64,000 nucleotides of DNA from an uncultured Gammaproteobacteria bacterium (GTDB lineage Bacteria; Patescibacteriota; Patescibacteriia; UBA2591; UBA6264): contig CAZQVF010000007.1 of NCBI GenBank assembly GCA_964596735.1, positions 5,772 through 69,771 on the forward strand, written 5' to 3'. A program made the position numbers and the translations under genes. This document shows, one piece after another, positions 42,798 through 52,425 of this stretch (positions within the stretch are counted from its first letter, which is position 1; each line of letters begins with the position of its first letter). A model generated the notes under the pieces. The model saw nothing but the letters and a program-made list of their open reading frames with translations. It searched no databases and was not told where the DNA came from.

Positions 42798-42826
42798 ATT
42801 TCGTATAACTCGTTATTATACAAACC
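42798..42826. other. Putative recombination site (attI/dif-like) immediately 3' of tRNA-Ala(TGC)
   Basis: ATTTCGTATAA-CTCGTTA-TTATACAAACC; minus strand reads GTTATAC (GTTRRRY-like core) into the first cassette. Confidence 0.55.
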
Positions 42827-42838
42827 ATTTTAAGAAAG

Positions 42839-42912
42839 TGGACCCGAGCGGATTTGAACCGCTGACCTCCTCATTGCAAATGAGGCGTTCTGACCAACTG
42901 AACTACGGGCCC
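42839..42912 (-). tRNA. tRNA-Ala(TGC)
   Basis: Reverse complement GGGCCCG...CCTCA-TTTGCAA-TGAGG...CGGGTCC-A. Confidence 0.95.
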
Positions 42913-42922
42913 TTTTTAATAA

Positions 42923-43168
42923 TTATCGACCACCAAACAGTTTGAAGATTCCATTTAGAATATCATTCCAAATGCCAGTCATAACAAAAAGACCAAGGAA
43001 AATAATAATAATTCCTAATATTTTATAGAAAAATCTTGTGCCCCCCTCAGAGGGAAACTTATCTTCTGCCCAATTAATCCGACCAAAATTTCTTAAAAAC
43101 CAAGCAGATTTTATAGTCATTAAGGCTCCAGCAACAACAATTAAAAGGCCGATAATAATTTTAAACAT
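42923..43168 (-). CDS. Small 2-TM hypothetical protein between tRNAs
   Basis: 81 aa; TM-loop(FGRINWAE)-TM. Confidence 0.7.
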   Translation of the reverse strand: MFKIIIGLLIVVAGALMTIKSAWFLRNFGRINWAEDKFPSEGGTRFFYKILGIIIIFLGLFVMTGIWNDILNGIFKLFGGR

Positions 43169-43191
43169 AATTTAGTTATTAAAATAAAGAA

Positions 43192-43267
43192 TGGTGCGCG
43201 CAGAGGGATTCGGACCCCCGACCCCAGGCTTATAAGGCCTGTGCTCTGACCGCTGAGCTATGCGCGC
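43192..43267 (-). tRNA. tRNA-Ile(TAT)
   Basis: Reverse complement GCGCGCA...CAGGC-CTTATAA-GCCTG...TGCGCGC-A-CCA; T-loop TCCGAAT. Confidence 0.9.
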
Positions 43268-43358
43268 CTAAGTAGATTATAACATTATAGCACGATTTTA
43301 GTTTATGACAAGAATTGATTTTTTGACAAACTATTTAAAGATGTTAAAATTGTCTGAT

Positions 43359-44372
43359 ATGGCTTTGAAAAACAATAATAATATTATTTCACAAAAAGAG
43401 CTGCCCGAAGACAAGAAAATGGATTTGAATTTACGACCAAAGATTTTAGAAGAATTTATTGGTCAAGAGAAATTAAAAGCTAACTTAAGAATTTTTATTC
43501 AGGCAGCCCATCAGCGAAAAGAACCCTTAGATCATGTTCTTTTTCATGGTTCACATGGGCTCGGGAAAACAACTCTTTCCTATATTATGGCGAATGAAAC
43601 AGAGGCAGAAATTCAAGTTACTTCTGGTCCGGCATTAGAAAAAATGGGGGATTTGGCCGCTATTCTCACCTCATTAAAGGACGGAGGCATCTTGTTTATC
43701 GACGAGATCCATCGTCTTAATCGGTCGATTGAAGAAGTCTTATACCCGGCCATGGAAGAATACGCCCTAGACTTAATTGTTGGCCAGGGCCCGAGTGCTA
43801 AAATTTTGCGATTAGATCTCCCTCAGTTTACTTTAATTGGGGCAACAACTAGGCCGAGTTTGGTTTCTCCGCCTTTGCGCGATCGTTTTGGGGTTGTTTA
43901 TCAATTAAATTTTTATCAGACCTCGGAAATTAAGGAGATTGTTTTGCGCTCAGCTAATATTTTAAAAATAAAGATTGGAGAAAAAGCAGCCCAAGAGATT
44001 GCCCAATGTTCTCGTTTTACCCCAAGAGTAGCTAATCGACTTTTAAAAAGAGTAAGAGATTTTGCCCAGGTTCATGGTCAGGAAAAAATTGATCAAAAGA
44101 CTTCTCAGCAGGCTTTGGAAATGTTAGAAATAGATAATTTAGGATTAAATCACACAGATAGACGCATTTTATCTTGTTTAATCGAAAAATTTTCAGGTGG
44201 ACCAGTAGGGATAAAAACATTAGCCGTAGCTACTGGTGAGGATTTAAATACCATTGAAGAGATTTATGAGCCTTATTTAATTCAATCAGGCTTTTTAGAT
44301 CGAACCCTAAGGGGAAGGACAGCTACTCCGTTGGCCTATAAACACCTGGGGTTTAAAAATACATTGTTATGA
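43359..44372 (+). CDS. ruvB: Holliday junction branch-migration helicase RuvB
   Basis: [29 protein letters not shown] and TPRVANRLL; start placed after the TTGACA-16-TAAAAT promoter (43323-43350). Confidence 0.95.
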   Translation: MALKNNNNIISQKELPEDKKMDLNLRPKILEEFIGQEKLKANLRIFIQAAHQRKEPLDHVLFHGSHGLGKTTLSYIMANETEAEIQVTSGPALEKMGDLAAILTSLKDGGILFIDEIHRLNRSIEEVLYPAMEEYALDLIVGQGPSAKILRLDLPQFTLIGATTRPSLVSPPLRDRFGVVYQLNFYQTSEIKEIVLRSANILKIKIGEKAAQEIAQCSRFTPRVANRLLKRVRDFAQVHGQEKIDQKTSQQALEMLEIDNLGLNHTDRRILSCLIEKFSGGPVGIKTLAVATGEDLNTIEEIYEPYLIQSGFLDRTLRGRTATPLAYKHLGFKNTLL

Positions 44373-45583
44373 AAATGATTTCTCAAAAAAAAGCAATTAT
44401 CTTATTAATCATTATTTCTATAGTTTTTCTTATTTTTGGCATTATTTTAGGAGAAAATTTAATTCAACAAAAATTTCCCCCTGTTGTTTCAGAAGAAATT
44501 AGTCCTGATTTTGATAATGAATTGTTTTGGGAGGTTTGGTTAGCGGCCAAAGAGAATTATGTAAAACAGCCGGTGGATGATAAAAATCTGTTTTATGGTT
44601 CTTTAAAAGGATTGGTCATGGGATTGGATGATCCTTATTCTATTTTTCTAGAACCAGAATTAGCGGAAAAATTTCTTGAAAATATGTCTGGTAGCTTTGA
44701 GGGAGTGGGTATGGAAATTGGAATTAAAGAAGGACGACTAACCATTATTGCCCCTTTGCCTGATACTCCAGCTTTTCGATCAGGCCTGAGACCAGGTGAT
44801 AAGATTTTTGCTATTGATGGAAAAGACACCAGCGGGATGGGTCTTGATGAGGCCGTCCACTTAATCAGGGGACCAAAGGGAACAACAGTTACTTTAACTA
44901 TTTGGCATGAAGGAGAGACAAAAACTAAAAACGTTGATGTGGTTCGTGACGTTATTGATATTAAAACAGTTTCCTGGGAATTAAAGGGAAATAAAATTGC
45001 TTATTTAAAAGTTTCTCATTTTTCTGAAGATACTTGGAAAGATTTTAAGAATATTGCCAGGGTTGTTGTTAGAGCTAATCCTAATGGGTTAATTCTTGAT
45101 CTACGTAATAATCCGGGCGGTTATTTAGATACGGCAGTTAACATGGCTGGATATTGGATAGACAGAGAAATAGCGGTTTTCTCTAGAGACGCTGAAGGCA
45201 AAGAAAAAGAATATAGAGCTCCAGGATGGGCAGATTTAAAACACATTCCCACAATTGTTTTAGTTAATCAGGGATCTGCTTCTGCTTCAGAGATTTTAGC
45301 TGGAGCTCTTCAAGACTATAATCAAGCAACAATTTTAGGAGAAAAGACTTTTGGCAAGGGCTCGGTTCAGGAGTTAGAAACACTAAGCGACAACTCTGCT
45401 TTAAAACTTACAGTCGCTTATTGGCATACTCCTCTAGGCCGTTCAATTAATGAAGAAGGAATTATTCCAGATATTGAAGTCGAACACACAGAAGAGGACT
45501 ATTTACATGATCGTGATCCGCAATTAGATAGAGCTTTGTTAATCTTGGGAGGGGAACCTCCAGAACAATTAGAAGAAGAATAA
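44369..45583 (+). CDS. S41 carboxyl-terminal processing protease (CtpA-like, PDZ)
   Basis: [25 protein letters not shown] and TFGKGSVQ. Confidence 0.93.
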   Translation: MKMISQKKAIILLIIISIVFLIFGIILGENLIQQKFPPVVSEEISPDFDNELFWEVWLAAKENYVKQPVDDKNLFYGSLKGLVMGLDDPYSIFLEPELAEKFLENMSGSFEGVGMEIGIKEGRLTIIAPLPDTPAFRSGLRPGDKIFAIDGKDTSGMGLDEAVHLIRGPKGTTVTLTIWHEGETKTKNVDVVRDVIDIKTVSWELKGNKIAYLKVSHFSEDTWKDFKNIARVVVRANPNGLILDLRNNPGGYLDTAVNMAGYWIDREIAVFSRDAEGKEKEYRAPGWADLKHIPTIVLVNQGSASASEILAGALQDYNQATILGEKTFGKGSVQELETLSDNSALKLTVAYWHTPLGRSINEEGIIPDIEVEHTEEDYLHDRDPQLDRALLILGGEPPEQLEEE

Positions 45584-45648
45584 ATTTTAAAATTTGAAAC
45601 AAAAGAGAGTCATTGACCGACTCTTTTTTAAATACTATCTAAATTTAT

Positions 45649-45921
45649 TTATTTAACACTGACAAATTTTCTTTTAACTAATTTTCCATCAAATTTTTTT
45701 TGTTTTTTCTGATTAAAAAAAACATTACCTTTAGTGATGGCATAAAGAGTGTGGTCTTTACCGCAACGGACACCTGTTCCTGGGTGAAATTTTGTTCCTT
45801 TTTGTCTAACAATAATAACTCCCGGCCAAACTTTTTGTCCGCCCGCGGCTTTAACGCCTAATCTTTTAGATTGTGAGTCGCGACCCAAAGATGTTGAGCC
45901 GCCTGCCTTTTTGTGAGCCAT
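45649..45921 (-). CDS. rpmA: 50S ribosomal protein L27
   Basis: [24 protein letters not shown]. Confidence 0.97.
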   Translation of the reverse strand: MAHKKAGGSTSLGRDSQSKRLGVKAAGGQKVWPGVIIVRQKGTKFHPGTGVRCGKDHTLYAITKGNVFFNQKKQKKFDGKLVKRKFVSVK

Positions 45922-46001
45922 GTGTTTTATTTTAAACAATATTTAAAACTTGTCAATCTTAATAATTTTCTATATGGTTAATATAGCTTTAAATTATTTT
46001 T

Positions 46002-46373
46002 ATGACCTTTGAACAAACATTACAACAGGTTCAAAAAAAGAAATTTTGGAGAGACAGGAAAATGTTAAGCTTGATTTTATTGGCTTTAATTTTAAATCTA
46101 TTTGTTTGGGCTTACCTTTTTTTCATCTTCTGGGGAAGGGCAGAACCAGTCCTTTTACATACAGATATTCTATTCAATGCTAATTTAATTGGTTCTTGGG
46201 TAAGATTATTAATTTACCCTATTTTAAGTTTAGGAATTTTATTAATTAATTTAATTCTTATTTTTCATTTTTATCTTCTGCGTCAAGAAAAAATAGTAAA
46301 TCTGCTGGCAAGCGCGCTTTTGCTTGTCCAGGTTATTTGTCTTTTTTCTGTTTTACTAATAGTCAATTTGTAG
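46002..46373 (+). CDS. Hypothetical 3-TM membrane protein
   Basis: 123 aa, hydrophobic; upstream of ftsW. Confidence 0.7.
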   Translation: MTFEQTLQQVQKKKFWRDRKMLSLILLALILNLFVWAYLFFIFWGRAEPVLLHTDILFNANLIGSWVRLLIYPILSLGILLINLILIFHFYLLRQEKIVNLLASALLLVQVICLFSVLLIVNL

Positions 46374-46375
46374 TT

Positions 46376-47491
46376 ATGTTAAAGAAAAAAGAATTTCACC
46401 AGCCTGATTATATTTTAATTATCAGTTTTTTTATTTTAATTTTTATCGGCTTACTTTTTCTTTCATCGGCAAGTTATTTTGTTGCCTGTGAAAAATTTGA
46501 TGACTGTTTTTTTCATTTAAAACATCAATTGCTCCGCGGCCTTTTACCAGGGCTAATTTTATTTTTAGCTTTTTCTTTTTTTAATTATCAATTTTTTAAA
46601 AAATGGTCTTTAATCTTATTCTTATTAACCCTCTTTCTTTTGGGTATGGTTTTTCTTCCCGGGATTGGTTTGGCCAAAGATCAGGCCCATCGTTGGGTTG
46701 ATCTAGGGATTGTTTTTCAGCCGTCAGAGCTTGCCAAACTGGCCTTTGTTATTTATTTGTCAGCCTGGTTAAGTAAAAACAAGGATAAAATTAAAAGTTT
46801 TAAAGAGGTCTTTTTGCCATTTGTCGTTTTTTTAATAATTGTTTCTGTTTTAATTATTCTTCAACCAGATTTTGGCACTCTAATGGTTTTTCTTTCTCTG
46901 GCCATGGTGATTTATTTCATGGCTGGAGGAAGGATATTATATATAAGTGGATTAATAGTGGTGGCCGTTCCCGCTGTTTTATATATGCTTCAAAAAACTT
47001 CTTATTCATGGGATCGCATTACTGCTTTTCTTCATCCAGAATTAGATCCGTCAGGAATTGGCTATCACATTACTCAGGCTATTTTGGCTATTAGTTCAGG
47101 AGGAATTTTAGGACGAGGGCTGGGCTATTCTTCACAAAAGGTTTCTTATCTTCCAGAGGTAATCAGCGATTCAATTTTTGCTGTTATGGCTGAAGAGCTT
47201 GGTTTTGTGGCAATATTAATAGTAATCGTCTTATATTTTTACATGACTTATCGCATTTTTCGCTTGGCCGCTCTTAGTGATCAGTTTTTTGGAAAATTAT
47301 TAGCCGTTGGTATTGGTTTTTGGTTTATTTTTCAGACAATTATTAACATGGGAGCAATGTTGGGAATATTTCCACTAACTGGCATTCCCTTGCCCTTGAT
47401 TGGTTATGGGGGCTCTAGCTTTGTTGTCTTTTGTGTTGCCTTTGGTATTTTAGTAAATATTTCCCGTCAGATTAATCTAAAAAAGGGATAA
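46376..47491 (+). CDS. ftsW: FtsW/RodA SEDS protein
   Basis: FQPSELAK, QPDFG, LPEVISDSIFAVMAEELG and GIPLPLIGYGGSS. Confidence 0.9.
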   Translation: MLKKKEFHQPDYILIISFFILIFIGLLFLSSASYFVACEKFDDCFFHLKHQLLRGLLPGLILFLAFSFFNYQFFKKWSLILFLLTLFLLGMVFLPGIGLAKDQAHRWVDLGIVFQPSELAKLAFVIYLSAWLSKNKDKIKSFKEVFLPFVVFLIIVSVLIILQPDFGTLMVFLSLAMVIYFMAGGRILYISGLIVVAVPAVLYMLQKTSYSWDRITAFLHPELDPSGIGYHITQAILAISSGGILGRGLGYSSQKVSYLPEVISDSIFAVMAEELGFVAILIVIVLYFYMTYRIFRLAALSDQFFGKLLAVGIGFWFIFQTIINMGAMLGIFPLTGIPLPLIGYGGSSFVVFCVAFGILVNISRQINLKKG

Positions 47492-47510
47492 ATTACAGAA
47501 ATTTATCCTC

Positions 47511-47538
47511 TTGACAAATTTTGAAAATCTGCTAAAAT
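47511..47538 (+). promoter_or_regulatory. Sigma70 promoter
   Basis: TTGACA-16 bp-TAAAAT with extended TG. Confidence 0.7.
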
Positions 47539-47557
47539 GTTAAACAGAAAATATAGC

Positions 47558-47714
47558 AGGTTGTTTTTTTTCCTTCACTTTCCTGTTTATCAGTGGCAAA
47601 ACCGGTCATCCCTCCTATCCGGGAAGTAGCCATGAGTCAAGGTTGATCTTGCTTGTCAAGCGTAGGCCTTGGGCTGGTAGGCAGGAACGTGGAGGGAAAT
47701 TTCAAAAACAATCT
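47558..47714 (+). ncRNA. Candidate structured leader RNA (long stem capped by a three-way junction)
   Basis: 47558-47593 pairs with 47674-47714; two apical hairpins; GC-rich relative to flanks. Confidence 0.55.
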
Positions 47715-47737
47715 CAATAAACATGGAGGAACAGGTC

Positions 47738-48208
47738 ATGAGAAAGATAATGTTGTTTGGACTAGCCGTTGTTTTAATTTCCTCCTGTGCCAAATGGGAG
47801 GTTTTAGAACCCACGGACGGAGAGCTCACCATAAAGTTGTTAAATGTTGAAGTAACATTTGACTATGACAACAGCGAGTTAATTGTTTTTAACAAGAATT
47901 TTGGCGGAGCTCATGTAGTAGTGGATCGCAGAGTTGACGATTGCTGGTCTGATTATACAGAGATTTTCAATCGTCATATTTCTGGAAACACAGAAGTTAT
48001 AGAAAGGACCTACTTTGAAACTGACGATAAAATCAGACTATATGTAACGGTTGATAATCGGGATGAAGATGATCCGGAAAGATGGAGTTATTTTCAGCTA
48101 GGCAAACAAGCTGTTGCCGCGGAGATTTTTCCAAATCAAATCCCTAAAGATTTTGAACTTAGGTCAGGTCCTGACGGCTCGTTGATTCTGGAGTTTACCC
48201 TAGAGTAA
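47738..48208 (+). CDS. Putative lipoprotein, unknown function
   Basis: GGAGGA SD 7 nt upstream; MRKIMLFGLAVVLISS-C lipobox-like; terminator AAAAGCCCTGC/GCGGGGCTTTT at ~48230-48256. Confidence 0.7.
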   Translation: MRKIMLFGLAVVLISSCAKWEVLEPTDGELTIKLLNVEVTFDYDNSELIVFNKNFGGAHVVVDRRVDDCWSDYTEIFNRHISGNTEVIERTYFETDDKIRLYVTVDNRDEDDPERWSYFQLGKQAVAAEIFPNQIPKDFELRSGPDGSLILEFTLE

Positions 48209-48317
48209 GTTCCGTTTGATAATGCAATAAAAAGCCCTGCAACCGCGGGGCTTTTTAAATTATACTACTGCATTCAGTTTCTCCTCAAAAAATTTATTGT
48301 ATAGATATTAAAATATC

Positions 48318-48884
48318 TTAATTATATTCAGCCATTGCCTGGGCCGCTCCTTTTTCTAAAGCAAAAGAAATTGCTTGAACAGATAGATTAATCGCTTTTT
48401 TAACTAATTTTTTTTCTGGTAAGGAAAATCTTTTTAAAACAAATTTTTCTGTTGGTATTTTTGGAATAAAATCATTTGTTTTTGCTCTAATCCCAAGGCG
48501 GAGCCTAACAAATTCTTTTGTTCCTAGTTCTTGAATAATTGATTGAACTCCTTTATGTCCGGCCGAAGAAGAGTTCTTACTAATCCGAATAGCGCCAACA
48601 GGAAGATCAATATCATCATGAACAACAATGATTTTTTCTACTGGAATATTATGTTTTTTTTGAGCATATCTTACAGATTTTCCTGAATCATTCATAAAAG
48701 TCATGGGTTTAATTAGTTCTACATCTTTGTTGCTAATTTGTTTTCTAATATATTCGCATTCGGCTTTTTTGCTTTTTTTCCATTTTTCTTTTTTTGCTAA
48801 AATATTAACAACCTCAAACCCAATGTTGTGGCGAGTATGATTATATTTTTTCCCTGGATTTCCCAAGCCAACAATTAAAATCAT
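48318..48884 (-). CDS. pth: Peptidyl-tRNA hydrolase
   Basis: VGLGNPG, TRHNIGF, KPMTFMNDSG, HDDID and GHKGVQSI. Confidence 0.96.
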   Translation of the reverse strand: MILIVGLGNPGKKYNHTRHNIGFEVVNILAKKEKWKKSKKAECEYIRKQISNKDVELIKPMTFMNDSGKSVRYAQKKHNIPVEKIIVVHDDIDLPVGAIRISKNSSSAGHKGVQSIIQELGTKEFVRLRLGIRAKTNDFIPKIPTEKFVLKRFSLPEKKLVKKAINLSVQAISFALEKGAAQAMAEYN

Positions 48885-50200
48885 GTTATTAAATTTATTT
48901 TTATTGGGGTGCCCTCAAAGGGCCATCTTTTTCTTAATTCTTTTTCAATGATATTTATCTGGGCTTGTCTAATTGCTTTTCTTCTAATAATATTTCTAGA
49001 AACCTGAAGTAAAAACCCAGGAGGCTTGATTCCAGCTTGTTTGATTTTTACCCTTTTCCAAATTTTTTCCTCAAATTCTCTTTCTACAATAATTTCTTTT
49101 AAGAGATTAGTCAAATCTTTTTGTTCAATCCAACGATTATAGTTTGTATTAACTTTTTGGATTAAAGGAAATATTTTTTCTACATTTACTCCAGTCTTGG
49201 CGGAGATTAGAATACGAGGAGCCCATTGAGCCAAGGGATTCCAGAGTTGATATGATTTTTTTAAATCACATTTATTAACAACAACAATCAACCCCTTGTC
49301 TTTTTTAATTATAAAGTTTAACAGGGCCTTGTCTTGATGACTGATATTTTCTGAAACATCAGTTAACATTAAAACAAGATCCGCTTTTTTAATTGTTTCA
49401 AAAGATTTTTGTACTCCAATTTTTTCAATACTTGATTTTATCTTTGCCCGCCGACGAATGCCAGCCGTATCAATTAACAGCAATGGTTTTCTTTGAAAAT
49501 AAATAAGAGTATCTTGAGGTCCGCGAGTAGTGTGAGGCAGAGGAGAGACAATTACTTTTTCTTCTCCCAACAAGGTATTTAAAAGAGTTGATTTACCAAC
49601 ATTGGGTTTGCCAATGATGGCAACCTTTAAAGGAATAATTTTTAATTCAGGTTTTTTAGATTTTGTTTTTGATGTTTTTTTAAAAAAATCTATTGTTTTA
49701 TCTAGTAAATCACCAACTCCGGTACCATTGGCCGCGGAAATAGGAGAGACCTCGCCAAGTCCTAATTTTAACCAGGCTTGATTCTGGGCCCACTTTCTTT
49801 TCTGAGGATTGTCAGCTTTATTTAAAACCAAGAAACATGGTTTTTTTGATTTTTTTATTAAACGACTAATCTCTCTTTCAAAATTAGAAATGGGTGGGCC
49901 AGAAGAAGAATCAGACAATGGCCGGATTTCAATAAGAAGAAAAACAAGATCGGCTTGGGCAAGGGCCTTGATAATATGTTTTTTAACTTCTTTTTCTATT
50001 TGATCTTGAGCTTTTTTTTCTTCAACTCCCCCTGTGTCAATAATCATAAAGTCTTGGTCTTGCCAATGACAAATTCCAAAATTACGATCCCGAGTAGTTC
50101 CAGGTATTTTAGAAACAATGGCCTTGGGCTTGCTAATTAAACGATTAAAAAATGTTGATTTACCAACATTAACTTGACCAAGTAAAACAATTTTTTTCAT
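48881..50200 (-). CDS. der: Ribosome biogenesis GTPase Der
   Basis: Two tandem G domains (GQVNVGKS/DTGG/NKAD and GKPNVGKS/DTAG/NKCD). Confidence 0.93.
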   Translation of the reverse strand: MKKIVLLGQVNVGKSTFFNRLISKPKAIVSKIPGTTRDRNFGICHWQDQDFMIIDTGGVEEKKAQDQIEKEVKKHIIKALAQADLVFLLIEIRPLSDSSSGPPISNFEREISRLIKKSKKPCFLVLNKADNPQKRKWAQNQAWLKLGLGEVSPISAANGTGVGDLLDKTIDFFKKTSKTKSKKPELKIIPLKVAIIGKPNVGKSTLLNTLLGEEKVIVSPLPHTTRGPQDTLIYFQRKPLLLIDTAGIRRRAKIKSSIEKIGVQKSFETIKKADLVLMLTDVSENISHQDKALLNFIIKKDKGLIVVVNKCDLKKSYQLWNPLAQWAPRILISAKTGVNVEKIFPLIQKVNTNYNRWIEQKDLTNLLKEIIVEREFEEKIWKRVKIKQAGIKPPGFLLQVSRNIIRRKAIRQAQINIIEKELRKRWPFEGTPIKINLIT

Positions 50201-50203
50201 TTG

Positions 50204-51649
50204 TTACTTACCTAAGATAATTAAAAAATCAGCTTGAGAGTCTTTAAATAAAAGTTTTAATCCTTCATTTAATTCTTGATCAACTTCTCCATTAAGTATT
50301 TTTTGTAATTTTTGTTTTTCTAATTGTTTTTCAGCAGAACTGATTTGATAAATTATATTTTTTTTATAATTTCTGCTTAAGGCATTTCCGATTTGGACAA
50401 CTTCAAAACCTTGTTCGGTTAATTCTTCTTTTATTTGTTTGGCCAGGCCAGTTATATAAGTACCATTTAAAACAACAAGCCTGGTTGTTTGATTTAACAC
50501 TTGTTCTAATGACACCTCCTCTTCTGTCGAACCAGTGGTTTTTTGCCCAAAAAGAGATAATTCAGTGGCATTTGATTTATCTAAAAGGTTTTCTGCTATC
50601 TTGGATAGCTCTTTAAAGTTTCCATTTTTTGTTTTTAATACAAAGGCTCCTTGTAGAGTAATTTCAGATTTTAATGGTCCATTAGGCTCAGTTTCAATGA
50701 CCTTAGTAACAATGTTTTCATAGTCAACCTCGGCGATTAATTTAGCTAATCTAATGCTTTGACTCAGGTCTAAGTTGGTACTCAGATTATCTTTTAACGC
50801 ATTATAAAAACCCCAAATTTTTCTAGGTTGAGAAATGATATCTTCCTTTTCAAATTTTTCTTTAATAGCATAAAGAATTTTTTGTTGACGCTTGGCCCGG
50901 GCAAAATCTGAATCTTCTCCATTGGTTCCGTGTCGAGAGCGGGCAAACTGAAGAGCTTTTTCTCCATTCATAGTTTGTGGTCCTTTTTCAAAACTAATAA
51001 CTCGGTATGAAAAATTTACTCCAGGAAATTGGTTGTCAACAAATCCTTGTTCTACCTCTATTTCAACCCCGCCTAATTCATCAATCATTTCTTTAAAAAG
51101 ATTAAAGTCTACTCTTACCCAATAGTGAATAGGTAAATCAAAAACATTACTAACCACTTTGCTGGTTAAAAGTCCGCCATCTTTTGATTCAGCCACTCCC
51201 AAAGCATTGGCTGAATTTATTTTTCGCCAACCATAATTTGGTATAGGGACATAAAGGTCGCGGGGAATAGACAAAAGACCAATTTGCTTGGTCGACGGTT
51301 TGATACTGGCTAAAATTATAGTGTCAGTTAAATATGGGCCTTCATGTTGAGCTCCGCCCATACCCAAGATTAAAATATTGGTCCGATCTAACAGCTCTCC
51401 TTTTAAAATTTTATCTTTACCGACCATTAAACGAGCTACTCCTTCCCAAAAAGACAAGCGACCTAAATTAGTGATTAAACTATTTTGAGAAAAGATAACA
51501 TTTGTAGAAAAGAAAATTGTTAAAGCAAGGAAAAAGACCAATGAACGAAAAACCCAACGACTTTGGTTTTGTTTCTTTATATTGGGATGGTCAATTACTA
51601 CCTTGGGAGGAGAAACACCATCGATTAAATTAATTTTTTGTTCGGGCAT
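50204..51649 (-). CDS. LCP (LytR-CpsA-Psr) family protein with LytR C-terminal domain
   Basis: TDTI, SIPRDLYV, KINSA, ALQFARSRH, DFARAKRQQ and VLNGT. Confidence 0.92.
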   Translation of the reverse strand: MPEQKINLIDGVSPPKVVIDHPNIKKQNQSRWVFRSLVFFLALTIFFSTNVIFSQNSLITNLGRLSFWEGVARLMVGKDKILKGELLDRTNILILGMGGAQHEGPYLTDTIILASIKPSTKQIGLLSIPRDLYVPIPNYGWRKINSANALGVAESKDGGLLTSKVVSNVFDLPIHYWVRVDFNLFKEMIDELGGVEIEVEQGFVDNQFPGVNFSYRVISFEKGPQTMNGEKALQFARSRHGTNGEDSDFARAKRQQKILYAIKEKFEKEDIISQPRKIWGFYNALKDNLSTNLDLSQSIRLAKLIAEVDYENIVTKVIETEPNGPLKSEITLQGAFVLKTKNGNFKELSKIAENLLDKSNATELSLFGQKTTGSTEEEVSLEQVLNQTTRLVVLNGTYITGLAKQIKEELTEQGFEVVQIGNALSRNYKKNIIYQISSAEKQLEKQKLQKILNGEVDQELNEGLKLLFKDSQADFLIILGK

Positions 51650-51828
51650 CTTATGTATTATAAGTAAAATTTAAAATTAAAGTGATTTAATTATAGCAAA
51701 AAACAATAGTTAGACAAGAAAGACAAGCGAATAAATATTTAAGGTTAAGGCTGTGGATAACTTTTTAAAAAATTTGTGTTATACTAAAACTAGATTTTAA
51801 TTATTAATTATAAATAAGTCAGTAGTTT

Positions 51829-52308
51829 ATGAAAAACAAAAAAGGCTTTACATTAATTGAGCTTTTGGTTGTGGTCGCCATTATGGGACTGTTGGCTGCT
51901 CTAGCTGTGATTGCCCTTAATACTGCTCGAGCCAGAGCCAGAGACGCTCGTCGAGTTTCTGACATTAAACAGATTCAAACCGCCTTGGAGTTGTTTTATA
52001 TGGATCTTTATAAATATCCAGCTGATCCAACCGACAATCTTATTGAAGACGAATGTTTAGATGAAGATGGTTTTACAGAGTCAGCAGATTGTGACGCTGG
52101 TGGAACAACTTATATGGGATCAATACCAGAAAATCCTCAGCCGAGAACAGATGGCTCTTGTGCCGACACCGTATACACTTATAATGCAACAGACGTTGGG
52201 TCAGGTACAGACTTGAGTTACTACATTATTTACTGTTTAGGTAGTGCGACAGGTGACATTGAGGCAGGGGCTCATTATGCGACACCAGCTGGCATTGCAG
52301 ATCCGTAA
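51829..52308 (+). CDS. Type IV major pilin / pseudopilin
   Basis: KKG|FTLIELLVVVAIMGLL; own promoter (TGTTATACT ~51777) and downstream terminator (~52337-52365). Confidence 0.9.
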   Translation: MKNKKGFTLIELLVVVAIMGLLAALAVIALNTARARARDARRVSDIKQIQTALELFYMDLYKYPADPTDNLIEDECLDEDGFTESADCDAGGTTYMGSIPENPQPRTDGSCADTVYTYNATDVGSGTDLSYYIIYCLGSATGDIEAGAHYATPAGIADP

Positions 52309-52425
52309 ACCTTAGTTGAAACTATTTAAATATTTAAAAATCCGTATCTAGCGGTACGGATTTTTATTTTACATTTATTTAAAATTCAGCTTAAATTAGT
52401 TGGATTTTTTTTATAATTTTGTTAA

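Larger units (their letters stand above)
40667..42850. mobile_element. Small island bounded by a 16-bp direct repeat of the tRNA-Ala(TGC) 3' end
   Basis: AAAGTGGACCCGAGCG at 40667-40682 and 42835-42850. Confidence 0.7.

Noticed and set aside
45922-45939. N-terminal extension on L27 (Prp-cleaved type)
   Set aside because: TTG-started MFKIKH does not resemble the Firmicutes extension; canonical MAHKK start is present
47558-47714. SRP RNA or c-di-GMP-I riboswitch identity for the structured leader
   Set aside because: Only partial word matches (GGAAGTAGCC; GGCAAAACC); lacks the SRP CAGG/GNRA helix-8 motif and the GEMM GAAA tetraloop/receptor
47653-47850. 65-aa ORF
   Set aside because: Overlaps the structured leader and the better-supported lipoprotein frame; TTG start, no SD
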